NCBI GenBank assembly: GCA_965262635.1
Contig: OZ253547.1
Span: 2,257,598 to 2,321,597 of the forward strand
Source: Candidatus Versatilivorator sp.
GTDB lineage: Bacteria; Acidobacteriota; Terriglobia; Versatilivoradales; Versatilivoraceae
Length of the DNA: 64,000 bases
Direction of reading: 5' to 3'
Shown here: positions 1 through 10,022 of the stretch, piece by piece
Layout: each line of letters starts with the position of its first letter
Position numbering within the stretch: the stretch's first letter is position 1
Notes under the pieces: model-generated
What the model was told of the DNA's origin: nothing
The model's database searches: none
Seen by the model: the letters and a program-made list of their open reading frames with translations, nothing else
Program-made: the position numbers and the translations under genes

Positions 1-1300
1 GCCAGATGTCCCGGTAAAGCCCGGCCTGTCTGACCTCGCTGATGACGATCTCGTCGGCCTCCTGAAGGAGCTTGACCCGGGATGGAGTCACCTCGCCCAG
101 GATGCGGACAGCCAATCCCGGCCCCGGGAAGGGTTGCCGCTCGACCACTTCCTCGCTCAGGCCCAACTGCCTGCCTAGGTTGCGGACTTCGTCCTTGAAC
201 AAATCGCGCAGGGGTTCCACCAGCTTCAACTTCATGGTTTGAGGCAACCCACCGACGTTGTGGTGGGATTTGATGGTGGCCGAGGGACCCTTGACCGAGA
301 CCGATTCGATGACGTCGGGGTAAAGGGTCCCTTGAACCAGGAAGTCCACTTGGCCCAACAGGCCGGCTTCGTGGTCAAAGACGGCGATGAATTCCTGGCC
401 GATAATCTTTCGTTTTCGCTCAGGGTCGGTCACTCCGGATAGCTGCTTCAGGAACTGATCGCCAGCGTCGACTCCCCGGACGTGCAGCTTCAGTTGGTCT
501 TGCATCCGAGAGAGCACGCGGGAGAATTCGTTCTTCCGCAGCACTCCGTTGTTGACAAATATGCACGTCAGTTTATCGCCGATGGCCCGGTCCACCAGAA
601 CGGCGGCCACCGTCGAGTCGACACCTCCGCTGAGGGCGCAAATCGCTTTTCCCTGGCCCACTTGCCGGCGAATGCGATAGATGGACTCCTCGATGAATTT
701 GGACGGTGTCCAATCTCCCCGGCACCCGCAAATCCTGAAGAGAAAGTTCTCCAGTATCCTTGTGCCTTCTTCGGTATGGGCTACCTCGGGATGGAACTGC
801 AGACCGAAGATGGAGCGGTCCTGACTCTCGGCCGCAGCCAGGGCATTGGCGGAAAGGCCGGTCGGATGAAACCCCGGAGGGAGCTGGACGATATGATCGC
901 CATGGCTCATCCATACGTTGGATCGGGGTTTGACTCCTTGGAACAGCGGACTGTCGGTTTGCAGGCTCAACTCCGCCAGACCATACTCCCGCTTGCCAGC
1001 CGGCTCGACCCTTCCTCCCATCTCCAGCGCCAGGAGCTGGAATCCGTAACAGATCCCCAGGATTGGAGTTGCCAGCTTCCAAAGTTCGGCACGGGTGCGC
1101 GGAGCCTGGTCTCCATAGACCGAATCCGGCCCCCCGGACAGGATGACGCCTCTGGGCCTGCGCCGGCGGATCCGCTCGAAGGGCAGGTCAAAGGGAACAA
1201 TTTCGCAGAAAACGTTGGCTTCCCGAACCCGGCGGGCGATGAGCTGAGTGTATTGCGAGCCGAAGTCCAGAATGAGAACACAATCGTGGGAAGAGGGCAT
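1..1300 (-). CDS. guaA: GMP synthase (glutamine-hydrolysing), 3' end outside window
   Basis: Manual translation from CAT at 1298-1300 gives MPSSHDCVLILDFGSQYTQLIARR; later SGGVDS, GTLYPDVIES and IKSHHNVGGLP motifs. Absent from the ORF track because it runs off the window edge. Confidence 0.95.
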   Translation of the reverse strand, partial: MPSSHDCVLILDFGSQYTQLIARRVREANVFCEIVPFDLPFERIRRRRPRGVILSGGPDSVYGDQAPRTRAELWKLATPILGICYGFQLLALEMGGRVEPAGKREYGLAELSLQTDSPLFQGVKPRSNVWMSHGDHIVQLPPGFHPTGLSANALAAAESQDRSIFGLQFHPEVAHTEEGTRILENFLFRICGCRGDWTPSKFIEESIYRIRRQVGQGKAICALSGGVDSTVAAVLVDRAIGDKLTCIFVNNGVLRKNEFSRVLSRMQDQLKLHVRGVDAGDQFLKQLSGVTDPERKRKIIGQEFIAVFDHEAGLLGQVDFLVQGTLYPDVIESVSVKGPSATIKSHHNVGGLPQTMKLKLVEPLRDLFKDEVRNLGRQLGLSEEVVERQPFPGPGLAVRILGEVTPSRVKLLQEADEIVISEVRQAGLYRDIW

Positions 1301-1374
1301 TGCGGAAGTCCCGGGGAAGAGACGGTTGGATTATATGCGAGCCGGACGCCTTCCCACAATGAAGCCGGCTTTAA

Positions 1375-1633
1375 CCCGCATTTCTCACCAGGTCGCTGAA
1401 TGCATAGTGAAAAGCGGTATATCTTCAGACCCTTGATTGGCGCCAATTAAGGGACTCGCGGCTACAGACTGCGCTGGGCGCGCCCTGGCTTGTCCTTTTC
1501 CCCTCAGCGCGCACATGCTCGCTCGAATGGTGTCCCCGCTACGCCCTTCGCTCGCGAGCACGCGCTGAGGGAAAAATTCCGGCGCCAAGTTGCACTCTTG
1601 AGAAGAGTGCAACCCCCTGGTGAGAAATGCGGG
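1375..1633. mobile_element. MITE family A copy 1 (259 bp)
   Basis: 15-bp TIRs CCCGCATTTCTCACC / GGTGAGAAATGCGGG, TTAA on both flanks, no transposase. Confidence 0.9.
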
Positions 1634-1756
1634 TTAACCCCACCAAGCTTTTGTGAGCCTGGATATCGGAGTTGCAGCATGCCAATCCAGCCGCGGGATT
1701 CGCGCTGGAGGCGGGCAGCCCTGCAGGAGTCGCCTGCGGCCGGGAGGGGTCCTCTT

Positions 1757-2497
1757 TCACCCGCAGGAGGCGCGGTCCAGTCCCAGGAAGAACTCCCGGT
1801 TTCCCTCGGCCCCCAGGATCGGAGACGGAACCGTTCCCAGGAGTCGATATCCCAGGTCTTCTGCGCAAGCGCTGACCATTTGGATGGCCAAGCGGTGCTT
1901 GTGGGGGTCCCTGACGATGCCCCCCTTTCCTACCTCGCCCTTGCCCAATTCGAACTGCGGCTTGACCAGGCAGAGGATCCTGGTGGTGGGCTTTTCGAAC
2001 ACTTCGAGCACCGGCAGAACCAGGGAGAGCGAGATGAAGGCCAGGTCCAAAGTGATCAGGTCAATGGTCTCGCCAATAGTTTCAAACCTCAGATAGCGGG
2101 CGTTGAATCCCTCCAGGCAGTGGACCCGGCCGTCTTTTCGCAGCTTCCAGTCCAGTTGATTGTGCCCCACGTCGAGCGCATGGACCCTGGCGGCCCCGTG
2201 CCGGAGCAGACAATCGGTAAATCCACCGGTGGAAGCCCCAATATCCAGGCAAACTTGCCCCCCAACCTTGAGCGCGAAATGCTGCAAAGCGTGTTCCAGC
2301 TTGTGTCCCCCGCGGGACACATAAACTTTGTCCTCGGATTTAAGGCGAAGCCTCGATTTCAAATCCACCCTGGTCCCGGGCTTGTCAATCCGTTGCTCGT
2401 CAGCCAGCACCGATCCCATCAGGATCAAGGCCTGGGCCTGGTGACGACTCTGGGCCAGACCTCGGTCCAGAAGCAGCTTGTCGATCCGTTCTTTCAT
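1757..2497 (-). CDS. tlyA: TlyA family rRNA 2'-O-methyltransferase
   Basis: S4 domain start MKERIDKLL, YVSRGGHKL, LDIGASTGGFTD, KPQFE, GNREF. Confidence 0.92.
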   Translation of the reverse strand: MKERIDKLLLDRGLAQSRHQAQALILMGSVLADEQRIDKPGTRVDLKSRLRLKSEDKVYVSRGGHKLEHALQHFALKVGGQVCLDIGASTGGFTDCLLRHGAARVHALDVGHNQLDWKLRKDGRVHCLEGFNARYLRFETIGETIDLITLDLAFISLSLVLPVLEVFEKPTTRILCLVKPQFELGKGEVGKGGIVRDPHKHRLAIQMVSACAEDLGYRLLGTVPSPILGAEGNREFFLGLDRASCG

Positions 2498-2531
2498 CGG
2501 AGGGAGAAGACCCCGCGGAAGCGGAATCTTC

Positions 2532-4490
2532 TCAGGACTTTCTGGTGAACGCAGCTTTAATGGCGGCCTTGAGGGGCCAGCGGGGTTTGGAGAACTGGTT
2601 CTCGGTAATGAAGGAACGAACCCGTTGGTAAATCCCATCCGAGTCCAGGCCATACTTGGCGTGGAGCAACTTTGGATTGCCGTGCGGAATGATGCGATCG
2701 GGAACTCCGATGCGGAGAACCTTGCAATCCTGGAGGCCTCTCGCTTCCAGCAATTCAATGACGGCGCTGCCGAACCCTCCCATCAGGGCAGCCTCTTCGA
2801 TGGTGACCAGGCAGGGCATTTCCGAAGCCAGGGATGCGATCAGCGCTTCGTCCAACGGTTTAACGAAGCGGGCGTTGACGACAGAAGTCGAAATGCCTTC
2901 CTTGGCGAGTTGTTCGGCTGCCTTGAGCGCAGGAATCACCATGTTTCCGAGGGCCAGAATGCAACAGTCCCGACCCTGCTGCAGTATCTCCGCTTTGCCG
3001 ATTTCCAGCATTTCGAACTGATCGTCCAACGGCACGCCGTAGCCGCTGCCCCTGGGGTACCTGAGGGCGGTGGGGTGGGGTGTATTGATGGCGGTGTAGA
3101 GCATGTGCTGTAGTTCGTTTTCATCCTTCGGGGCCATGACGACCATGTTGGGCAAGGCACGTAGATAGGCCACGTCGTAGAGTCCGTGGTGGGTCGGGCC
3201 GTCGGCTCCGACGATCCCGGCTCGATCGATGGCGAAGGTGACCGGAAGGTCCATCAGGCAGATGTCATGGACGACCTGGTCGTAAGCACGTTGCAGAAAG
3301 GTCGAGTAGATTGCGGCGACCGGCTTCATGCCCTGGGTGGCCAATCCCCCCGCGAAAGTGACCGCATGTTGTTCGGCGATACCGACGTCGAAGCAGCGGT
3401 CGGGGATCTCCTGGTTGAACTTGACCAGGCCCGTTCCTTCCAACATGGCGGCAGTAATGGCCACGATTTTGGAATCCTCTTTGGCGAGACGGATCATCGA
3501 CTTGCTGAAAATCGAAGTGTAAGACGGAGGTGCAGCGGGTTTCGGGCGGAAGACTCCGGTTTTGGGATCATAACCCGAAGGCCCGTGGTACTTGATCGGC
3601 GCTGATTCAGAGACCGACCAGCCCTTTCCCTTTTTGGTCACGATGTGGAGAATGGTCGGCACTTCGTTCTCTTTCACTCGCTTCAAAGTCTCGACCAACG
3701 TATCCAGGTTGTGCCCATTGATGGGGCCGACATAGTCGAAACCGAGTTCGAAAAAGACGAGACCCGGCACCATGAACGTCTTCATGGCATCCACCATGTC
3801 GCGGGCTAGCTTCACCAATCGGGGACCCACGCGCGGCACGGAAAGGAGCATGCCTTCTACTTCTTTCTTGAAGCGGTTGAAGACTTGTCCGGTGACAATT
3901 CGGTTGAGGTAGCCGGCGATGGCTCCCACATTCGGGGATATGGACATTTCGTTGTCATTCAGAATGATCAACAGCTTCTTTTGCAGATGTCCGGCCTGGT
4001 TGATGCCCTCCAGAGCCATGCCTCCTGTCAGACCGCCATCGCCAATGATAGCCACCACATGCTGACTCTTACCCTCCAGGTCTCGTGCCACCGCCATGCC
4101 CAGCGCGGCCGAAATCGAGGTCGAGGCATGGGCCACGTTGTAGACGTCGTAAATGCTTTCCTCACGTCTCGGGAAGCCGGAGATGCCGTCGTATTGACGC
4201 AAAGTGGCAAACTGGTCTCGACGCCCGGTGAGGATTTTGTGGCCGTAAGCCTGGTGTCCCACGTCCCAAACCAGCAAGTCTCGGGGAGTATTGAAAATGT
4301 AATGGAGGGCAACGGTCAATTCCACGGTACCCAGACTGGAGGCCAGATGTCCTCCCGTCTTGGAAATCATGTAGATCATGAAACTCCGAAGTTCGTCGGC
4401 CAACTGCTTCAGTTGCGATGGCCTGAGCCGTCGGATTTGTTTGGGGTTGTCGATGCGGGAAAGCAGGGGGAATTCGGGGTCTTGGCTCAT
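2532..4490 (-). CDS. dxs: 1-deoxy-D-xylulose-5-phosphate synthase
   Basis: GGHLASSLG, WDVGHQAYGHKILTGR, GDGGLTGGMALE, IAEQHAV, DGPTHHG, RYPRG. Confidence 0.97.
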   Translation of the reverse strand: MSQDPEFPLLSRIDNPKQIRRLRPSQLKQLADELRSFMIYMISKTGGHLASSLGTVELTVALHYIFNTPRDLLVWDVGHQAYGHKILTGRRDQFATLRQYDGISGFPRREESIYDVYNVAHASTSISAALGMAVARDLEGKSQHVVAIIGDGGLTGGMALEGINQAGHLQKKLLIILNDNEMSISPNVGAIAGYLNRIVTGQVFNRFKKEVEGMLLSVPRVGPRLVKLARDMVDAMKTFMVPGLVFFELGFDYVGPINGHNLDTLVETLKRVKENEVPTILHIVTKKGKGWSVSESAPIKYHGPSGYDPKTGVFRPKPAAPPSYTSIFSKSMIRLAKEDSKIVAITAAMLEGTGLVKFNQEIPDRCFDVGIAEQHAVTFAGGLATQGMKPVAAIYSTFLQRAYDQVVHDICLMDLPVTFAIDRAGIVGADGPTHHGLYDVAYLRALPNMVVMAPKDENELQHMLYTAINTPHPTALRYPRGSGYGVPLDDQFEMLEIGKAEILQQGRDCCILALGNMVIPALKAAEQLAKEGISTSVVNARFVKPLDEALIASLASEMPCLVTIEEAALMGGFGSAVIELLEARGLQDCKVLRIGVPDRIIPHGNPKLLHAKYGLDSDGIYQRVRSFITENQFSKPRWPLKAAIKAAFTRKS

Positions 4491-4629
4491 GGTTGCGTGT
4501 CCTTTCAACCTTCAATGGGCCGTAGGGCGCCCATCCGCGTCTGACTCCCATTAACTCTCATTCTAGTGTCAAGACAACTCGGAAACCAACTGAATTGTCC
4601 TGCTGGCGAGGAGGGACCGGCAGCCTGGC

Positions 4630-4866
4630 TCAGTCTTGCGCCTTCTCGGCAAAGGACTCCCGCTCCAGGAGCCCCTCGCTCTTCCGGACCAGGATTTCCA
4701 CCTTGCGTTCGGCTTCATCAAGCTTTCCCTGGCAGAAATTCTGCAGCTTGACCCCCTCCTCGTACATCTCCAGCAGGGATGCCAGCGGCAGATCGCCGCT
4801 CTCCAAGGTCTTGACGATCTCCTCGAGCCGTTTCATGGCTGATTCAAAATCTTTGTATTGGGTCAT
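4630..4866 (-). CDS. xseB: Exodeoxyribonuclease VII small subunit
   Basis: FESAMKRLEEIVKTLESGDLPL...YEEG; ATGA overlap with xseA. Confidence 0.93.
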   Translation of the reverse strand: MTQYKDFESAMKRLEEIVKTLESGDLPLASLLEMYEEGVKLQNFCQGKLDEAERKVEILVRKSEGLLERESFAEKAQD

Positions 4867-6245
4867 GAACCGTCCTGCTCTTTTGTCTTGCCGAAGTCCC
4901 GGGAGGCTTCGATGCGCGCCGCCCGTGCTTCGATTCTTCCTTTGGAAAGGGTAACAGAAAACGGATCTCCTGTTTGCAGCCGGGCGGCGTCTCTGAGGAT
5001 GGTCCCATCGGCTTCCCGGCAGATGGAATAGCCCCGGTTGAGCACGGCTGCCGGGCCAAGGGTGCGCAGAGTCCCGGATTGGGCCGAAAGGCGCGCTTGA
5101 AAGGCTTGGAGGGCGAAGCGGATTTGGGCGGTGGCTCGCTCCGAGGACACGTTCAAGGCTTTCCGTTTGAGGTCCACCAGTCGCTGCGGGTTGAAGCGCT
5201 CCAGACGCTCGGTCGTCAGGCGCCAGTAATCCCGCCGAGACCCCAAATAGTTCTGAGGCCACCCAATGAGGCGAAAGCCCAACTCGTCCAACCACTGACG
5301 CTGCGACCGGATGCGGCCCTGGGCCAACTCGAAGGCACGGTTGGCCGACAACTCAAGCACCCGGTTGCGGCATTGACTGAGCCGGAGCTGCAGAGTCCGC
5401 TGCAGCCGAACTCGGAAGTGGCTCAACCGGGTGATCAGTTCTTCCCCTTGTGTAGCGACCATCTCGGCCGCGTTAGCCGGAGTCGAGGCCCGAACATCGG
5501 CAACGAAATCAGCAATCGTAAAATCGACCTGGTGGCCCACCGCCGAGACTACGGGAACCCGGGAGAGGTGGATGGCTCTGGCGACCTGCTCCTGGTTGAA
5601 GGCCCACAGGTCTTCCATCGATCCTCCGCCGCGCCCGACAATGATGAGGTCTACCTCGGGAATTCCGTTGAGGGTTTGGATGCCAGCGGCAATTTCCTGG
5701 GCGGCTCCCTCGCCTTGCACTTTGGCCGGAAACAACAGCGCGGGGATCGGCTGGCGACTTCGGCTCAACGTTCTCAGGATGTCGTGAATCGCCGCTCCGG
5801 TTTGTGAGGTGACGATACCAACAGTTCGAGGGAGGAGCGGCAAGGGTTTCTTGCGGGCTTCGTCAAACAGGCCCTCGGCCGCGAGCTTGGCCTTCAGTCG
5901 ATCGAAGGCGATCTGCAGGGAGCCGATCCCCCTGGGTTCAATGGAGTCGGCATAGAGGGAGTACTCGCCTCGGAGTTCATAGACCCCCAGGTTTCCTCGG
6001 ACCAGAACCAGGTTTCCATCCTCGAATGGATGGCGAAGCTGGCGGGCTTTGCTGCGGAAGCACACGCATTTCAACTGGGCTCGAGCATCTTTCAATGCGA
6101 AGTAGATGTGCCCGGCGGCGGAGATGGTCCAGTTGGAGATCTCCCCCTCGACCAGCACCCGCTGAAATTCCCCCTCCAGGAGTGACCTCACCTCGGCCGT
6201 GATCTCCCAGATCCCGTAGATTTTTTGAGATGGAAGGGAATACAT
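4863..6245 (-). CDS. xseA: Exodeoxyribonuclease VII large subunit
   Basis: GEISN, GHIYF, RGGGSMEDLWAFN, SAVGHQVD. Confidence 0.96.
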   Translation of the reverse strand: MYSLPSQKIYGIWEITAEVRSLLEGEFQRVLVEGEISNWTISAAGHIYFALKDARAQLKCVCFRSKARQLRHPFEDGNLVLVRGNLGVYELRGEYSLYADSIEPRGIGSLQIAFDRLKAKLAAEGLFDEARKKPLPLLPRTVGIVTSQTGAAIHDILRTLSRSRQPIPALLFPAKVQGEGAAQEIAAGIQTLNGIPEVDLIIVGRGGGSMEDLWAFNQEQVARAIHLSRVPVVSAVGHQVDFTIADFVADVRASTPANAAEMVATQGEELITRLSHFRVRLQRTLQLRLSQCRNRVLELSANRAFELAQGRIRSQRQWLDELGFRLIGWPQNYLGSRRDYWRLTTERLERFNPQRLVDLKRKALNVSSERATAQIRFALQAFQARLSAQSGTLRTLGPAAVLNRGYSICREADGTILRDAARLQTGDPFSVTLSKGRIEARAARIEASRDFGKTKEQDGS

Positions 6246-6284
6246 GAGTCCTGGGGCCGCCCCGGCAGGTGGGGAGACCGGGAG

Positions 6285-6497
6285 TTACCGCCGGAAGAAG
6301 AAAGACAGAGTCAGGGTCAGGAGAATGCTGAGCACGATGGAGGTGGTCAGGGGAAGATATAAGGTGAACTGATCTCGCTTGAAGACAAGGTCACCCGGAA
6401 GCCGGCCCAACCTGAAAAATGAAAAATGGCCGGCAAAATTCAGGATCAGGCCAACCGCCAGAAAGACCAGACCCAGAATAATGAAGACCTTGGCCAT
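6285..6497 (-). CDS. DUF2905-like small membrane protein
   Basis: Two hydrophobic segments around LGRLPGD and P-x-TTS. Confidence 0.8.
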   Translation of the reverse strand: MAKVFIILGLVFLAVGLILNFAGHFSFFRLGRLPGDLVFKRDQFTLYLPLTTSIVLSILLTLTLSFFFRR

Positions 6498-6577
6498 GTT
6501 CCCCTTCGAAGACTGCCGGATTTGCGTCCGGAAAGCGGGTCGGCGCGGGCAAGCCGGCAGTATTGGACTCCCGTCAC

Positions 6578-7000
6578 CTAACCCGGCAACTCCGAATCGC
6601 TGAAGAAGTACTGAATTTCTCTCCGGGCACTCTCCTCGCTATCGGAACCGTGGATCACGTTCTTTTCGATGGAAGTGGCATAGAGCTTGCGCAGGGTCCC
6701 TTCTGCTGCCTGCCTGGGGTCGGTGGCTCCCATCAACTCCCGCAGGTGCGCCACCACGTTGGGGGCTTCGAGGACCACCACCACCACGGCTCCGGAGCTC
6801 ACGTAGCTGACCAGGTCCGGGTAGAAGCTGCGTTCCCGGTGAACAGCGTAGAAAGCCCCGGCCTGCTGCGGACTCAAGTGCAGCATTGTGAGGGCCTTGA
6901 TTTGAAATGCATTCTCCTCGAACCGTTTCAGAATATCCCCGACGTTGCCCTGGGCCACGCCGTCCGGTTTGATGATCGACAGGGTGCGTTGCAGAGTCAA
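6578..7000 (-). CDS. ndk: Nucleoside diphosphate kinase
   Basis: RTLSIIKPD, GATDP, NVIHGSDS. Confidence 0.97.
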   Translation of the reverse strand: MTLQRTLSIIKPDGVAQGNVGDILKRFEENAFQIKALTMLHLSPQQAGAFYAVHRERSFYPDLVSYVSSGAVVVVVLEAPNVVAHLRELMGATDPRQAAEGTLRKLYATSIEKNVIHGSDSEESARREIQYFFSDSELPG

Positions 7001-7096
7001 CCGAAAGCCTCCGTTGCCAATGAAAGAGTTGCGCTTGCGATCAGCTTGACCGCTGAAACCGGGGCGGCGGAATCGGCCGGAGGCAGGGGTGTTCGG

Positions 7097-7978
7097 TCAA
7101 GCGTCTTGCCCCGGCAGAATCCGGGCCGCTGTTTCGCCGATTTCGGCGGGACTGCCGGCCACGTGCAGTCCGCACTCCCTCATCAGGCGGATCTTCTCTT
7201 TCGCCGTGCCCTGGCCCCCGCTTATGATGGCGCCCGCATGGCCCATGCGCCTTCCCGGAGGAGCCGTCTGGCCTGCGATGAACCCCACCACCGGCTTCGA
7301 CAGGTGGGAGTGCACGTAGCGTGCGGCCGCTTCCTCGGCTGTTCCCCCTATCTCCCCAATCAGCACGACGGCGTCCGTCTGTGGGTCATCCTTGAAGAAC
7401 TGGAGCGCGTCCAGGAAGGAGGTCCCGATGATCGGATCCCCTCCGATGCCAATGCAGGTCGATTGACCGATGCCTCGAGAGCTCAACTGCTGCACGGCTT
7501 CGTAGGTCAGGGTGCCGCTTCGGGAGATCACCCCGACCGGGCCCTCCCGATGGATGGCTCCGGGCATGATCCCGATTTTGCATTTGCCCGGCGAAATGAT
7601 CCCCGGGCAGTTGGGTCCGATCAGCCGGGATTTCTTTCCGCTCATGAACCGCTTGACTTGGATCATGTCGAGGGTCGGGATCCCTTCGGTGATGCACACC
7701 ACCAGATCGACGCCGGCATCCGCCGCCTCCATGATGGCATCGGCCGCCACGGCGGGAGGGACGAAAATCACCGAGGCGTTGCCGCCGGTCTCCCGACAGG
7801 CCTGTCCCATGCTGTCAAAAACGGGAATCCCCTGGTGAATGGAGCCTCCCTTTCCGGGAGTGACCCCGGCAACGACCCTGGTCCCGTACTGGACGCACTG
7901 GAGGGTGTGGAAGGTTCCCTCGCGGCCGGTGATGCCCTGCACGATCAGCCTTGTGTCTTGGTCGACCAGAATACTCAC
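7097..7978 (-). CDS. sucD: Succinyl-CoA synthetase alpha subunit
   Basis: [28 protein letters not shown]. Confidence 0.97.
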   Translation of the reverse strand: MSILVDQDTRLIVQGITGREGTFHTLQCVQYGTRVVAGVTPGKGGSIHQGIPVFDSMGQACRETGGNASVIFVPPAVAADAIMEAADAGVDLVVCITEGIPTLDMIQVKRFMSGKKSRLIGPNCPGIISPGKCKIGIMPGAIHREGPVGVISRSGTLTYEAVQQLSSRGIGQSTCIGIGGDPIIGTSFLDALQFFKDDPQTDAVVLIGEIGGTAEEAAARYVHSHLSKPVVGFIAGQTAPPGRRMGHAGAIISGGQGTAKEKIRLMRECGLHVAGSPAEIGETAARILPGQDA

Positions 7979-8070
7979 GCCAATGACCTCATGTTCGCGA
8001 GCCCGCCTTTTATCAGGATCGTTCGGGTGGAATGGGAGCGATCAGTGCCGACATGCCTCTGGCGGTCGGG

Positions 8071-9234
8071 TTACCGGCTCGAAGCCAGGCGAACCACCTT
8101 CTCGGCCGCATCTTGCATTCCCGAGGCGACCGTCAGGCTCAGTCCTGAGGCCTCGAGGATTTCCTGACCTTGTTCCAGGTTGGTGCCTTCCAACCGGACC
8201 ACGATGGGAACTTCCAACCGCATGGATTTGGCGGCTTCGACCACACCGCGGGCCACAATGTCGCACCGCATGATACCGCCGAAGATGTTGATCAGAACGG
8301 CCTTGACGTTGGAATCGGAGAGAATGATGCCAATGGCCTTTCGGACCTGGTCCGCAGTGGCTCCACCGCCGACATCCAGGAAATTGGCGGGAGCCCCCCC
8401 CGCCAATTTGATGATGTCCATGGTGGCCATGGCCAGCCCGGCTCCGTTGACCATGCAACCCACGTTGCCATCCAACTTGATGTAGCTCAGTCCATGCTTG
8501 CCGGCTTCAACTTCCAAGGGGTCTTCTTCGTCGGTATCCCGGAGCTCTCGGATGCGGGGATGCCGGTAGAGTGCATTGTCGTCGAAGTTGATCTTGGCAT
8601 CCAGGGCATAAAAGCGGCCGTCTTCGGTGAGGAGCAAGGGGTTGATTTCGGCCAGGGAGGCGTCGGTGGCTTCGAATGCCTGGTAAAGAGAGTGCATGAA
8701 CCGGACCGCGGCAGGGACCAGCTTCGCAGGCAGGTCCAGGCCAAACGCCAGCTTTCGGGCTTGGAAGGGGGTCAGTCCCAGACCCGGTTCCAGAGCCTCC
8801 TTGAGAATCAGCTCGGGCTTTTCCGCCGCCACCCTTTCGATGTCGACTCCCCCTTCCCGGCTCGCCATGACGACCACCTTGCCGGCATCGCGGTCAATGG
8901 CAATCCCGAGGTAATACTCCTGTCGGATCTTGAGGCCCTCCTCAACCAGAACCCGCTTTACGGTCTGCCCCTCCGGTCCGGTTTGATGGGTGACCAGTTG
9001 CATGCCCAGTATCGAATCGGCAGCCGTCAGGGCCTCTTCGGGAGAACGGGCCAGACGAACTCCTCCTCCCTTTCCCCGGCCTCCGGCGTGGATTTGAGCC
9101 TTTACGACCACCAGTCCTCCCAGCTCCTTGGCGATTTCCCGGGCCTCCTCTTTGGTGTCAGCTACCTTGCCCAGGGGCACGGGGACTCCATGTGTGCTGA
9201 GGATCGCCTTGGCCTGGTATTCGTGAATCTTCAT
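8071..9234 (-). CDS. sucC: Succinyl-CoA synthetase beta subunit
   Basis: [43 protein letters not shown]. Confidence 0.97.
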   Translation of the reverse strand: MKIHEYQAKAILSTHGVPVPLGKVADTKEEAREIAKELGGLVVVKAQIHAGGRGKGGGVRLARSPEEALTAADSILGMQLVTHQTGPEGQTVKRVLVEEGLKIRQEYYLGIAIDRDAGKVVVMASREGGVDIERVAAEKPELILKEALEPGLGLTPFQARKLAFGLDLPAKLVPAAVRFMHSLYQAFEATDASLAEINPLLLTEDGRFYALDAKINFDDNALYRHPRIRELRDTDEEDPLEVEAGKHGLSYIKLDGNVGCMVNGAGLAMATMDIIKLAGGAPANFLDVGGGATADQVRKAIGIILSDSNVKAVLINIFGGIMRCDIVARGVVEAAKSMRLEVPIVVRLEGTNLEQGQEILEASGLSLTVASGMQDAAEKVVRLASSR

Positions 9235-9440
9235 GGTGGGATTTCCCCAAACCGGTCCCGATCTGGATTGCCGAGCCCGCCCGCCGAAGCGCCCCAGTAT
9301 ATCGGAACCGGCCAACAATTCAAAAAAGCCAGGCCCCACCCTGCCGTGCAGATCATTCGAGAGTGAAACAACGGACCTTCATGGCCTTTCGGGAGTAGGG
9401 CCATGTCCCGTTAAACCGGTTTGTTGCATTAGGGAACATC

Positions 9441-9530
9441 GATAGACAGGATAGACAGGATAAACAGGACGAGAGGCTGCTGCACAGGAAGCTGACTGGC
9501 TCGATGATCGAGTGCGTGTTTGTGGAAAAC
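9441..9530 (+). pseudogene. GxxExxY-like protein N-terminal remnant with RQD microrepeats
   Basis: Reads DRQDRQDKQDERLLHRKLTGSMIECVF with no start codon; a second copy lies at 17297-17395. Confidence 0.55.
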
Positions 9531-9535
9531 CTCAG

Positions 9536-9914
9536 CGTCCTTCGTGGCCCCTCACCGACCCCTTTCGAGTCTTTTCCAACCCCTTGGAGTCCCTTCGCGG
9601 ATTCATCTTTTGCCCGCTTAACAGATCCTTTAGCGCCCTTGGTGGAAATCTTTTCTCCCTTCCCAACCTTTGGCGGGTCCCTCTTGAGCTTTCTCCAACC
9701 CCTTCGTGGCCCTTCGTCGTCCTTCGTGGCCCCTCACCGACCCCTTTCGAGTCTTTTCCAACCCCTTGGAGTCCCTTCGCGGATTCATCTTTTGCCCGCT
9801 TAACAGATCCTTTAGCGCCCTTGGTGGAAATCTTTTCTCCCTTCCCAACCTTTGGCGGGTCCCTCTTGAGCTTTCTCCAACCCCTTCGTGGCCCTTCGTC
9901 GTCCTTCGTGGCCC
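9536..9914. repeat. 182-bp tandem duplication of a CCACGAAG-family element
   Basis: Units 9536-9717 and 9718-9899 appear identical; the reverse complement is homologous to about 15697-15932. Confidence 0.9.
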
Positions 9915-10022
9915 TTCGTGGATTTCTTTTCTTGTCCCGCGGGATCAGTCCATCGGGCGGAGCCGCCGCACCCGGACCCTGTGGTAAGATGTCGGATTTC
10001 AGGGGAAACAGCACCCACAACC

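Noticed and set aside
482-1399. 305-aa plus-strand ORF
   Set aside because: Antisense shadow of guaA; it ends in the MITE TIR and has no recognisable motifs.
1371-1637. IS630-type TA duplication model for MITE family A
   Set aside because: Copies flanked by TTAG on both sides fit a 4-bp direct duplication better. Five copies have imperfect flanks, so the mechanism is not settled.
1490-2548. ORFs sharing peptides such as FAREHALREKF and PGEKCG (also near 25412, 35362, 41863)
   Set aside because: These are translations of the MITE sequence, not a protein family.
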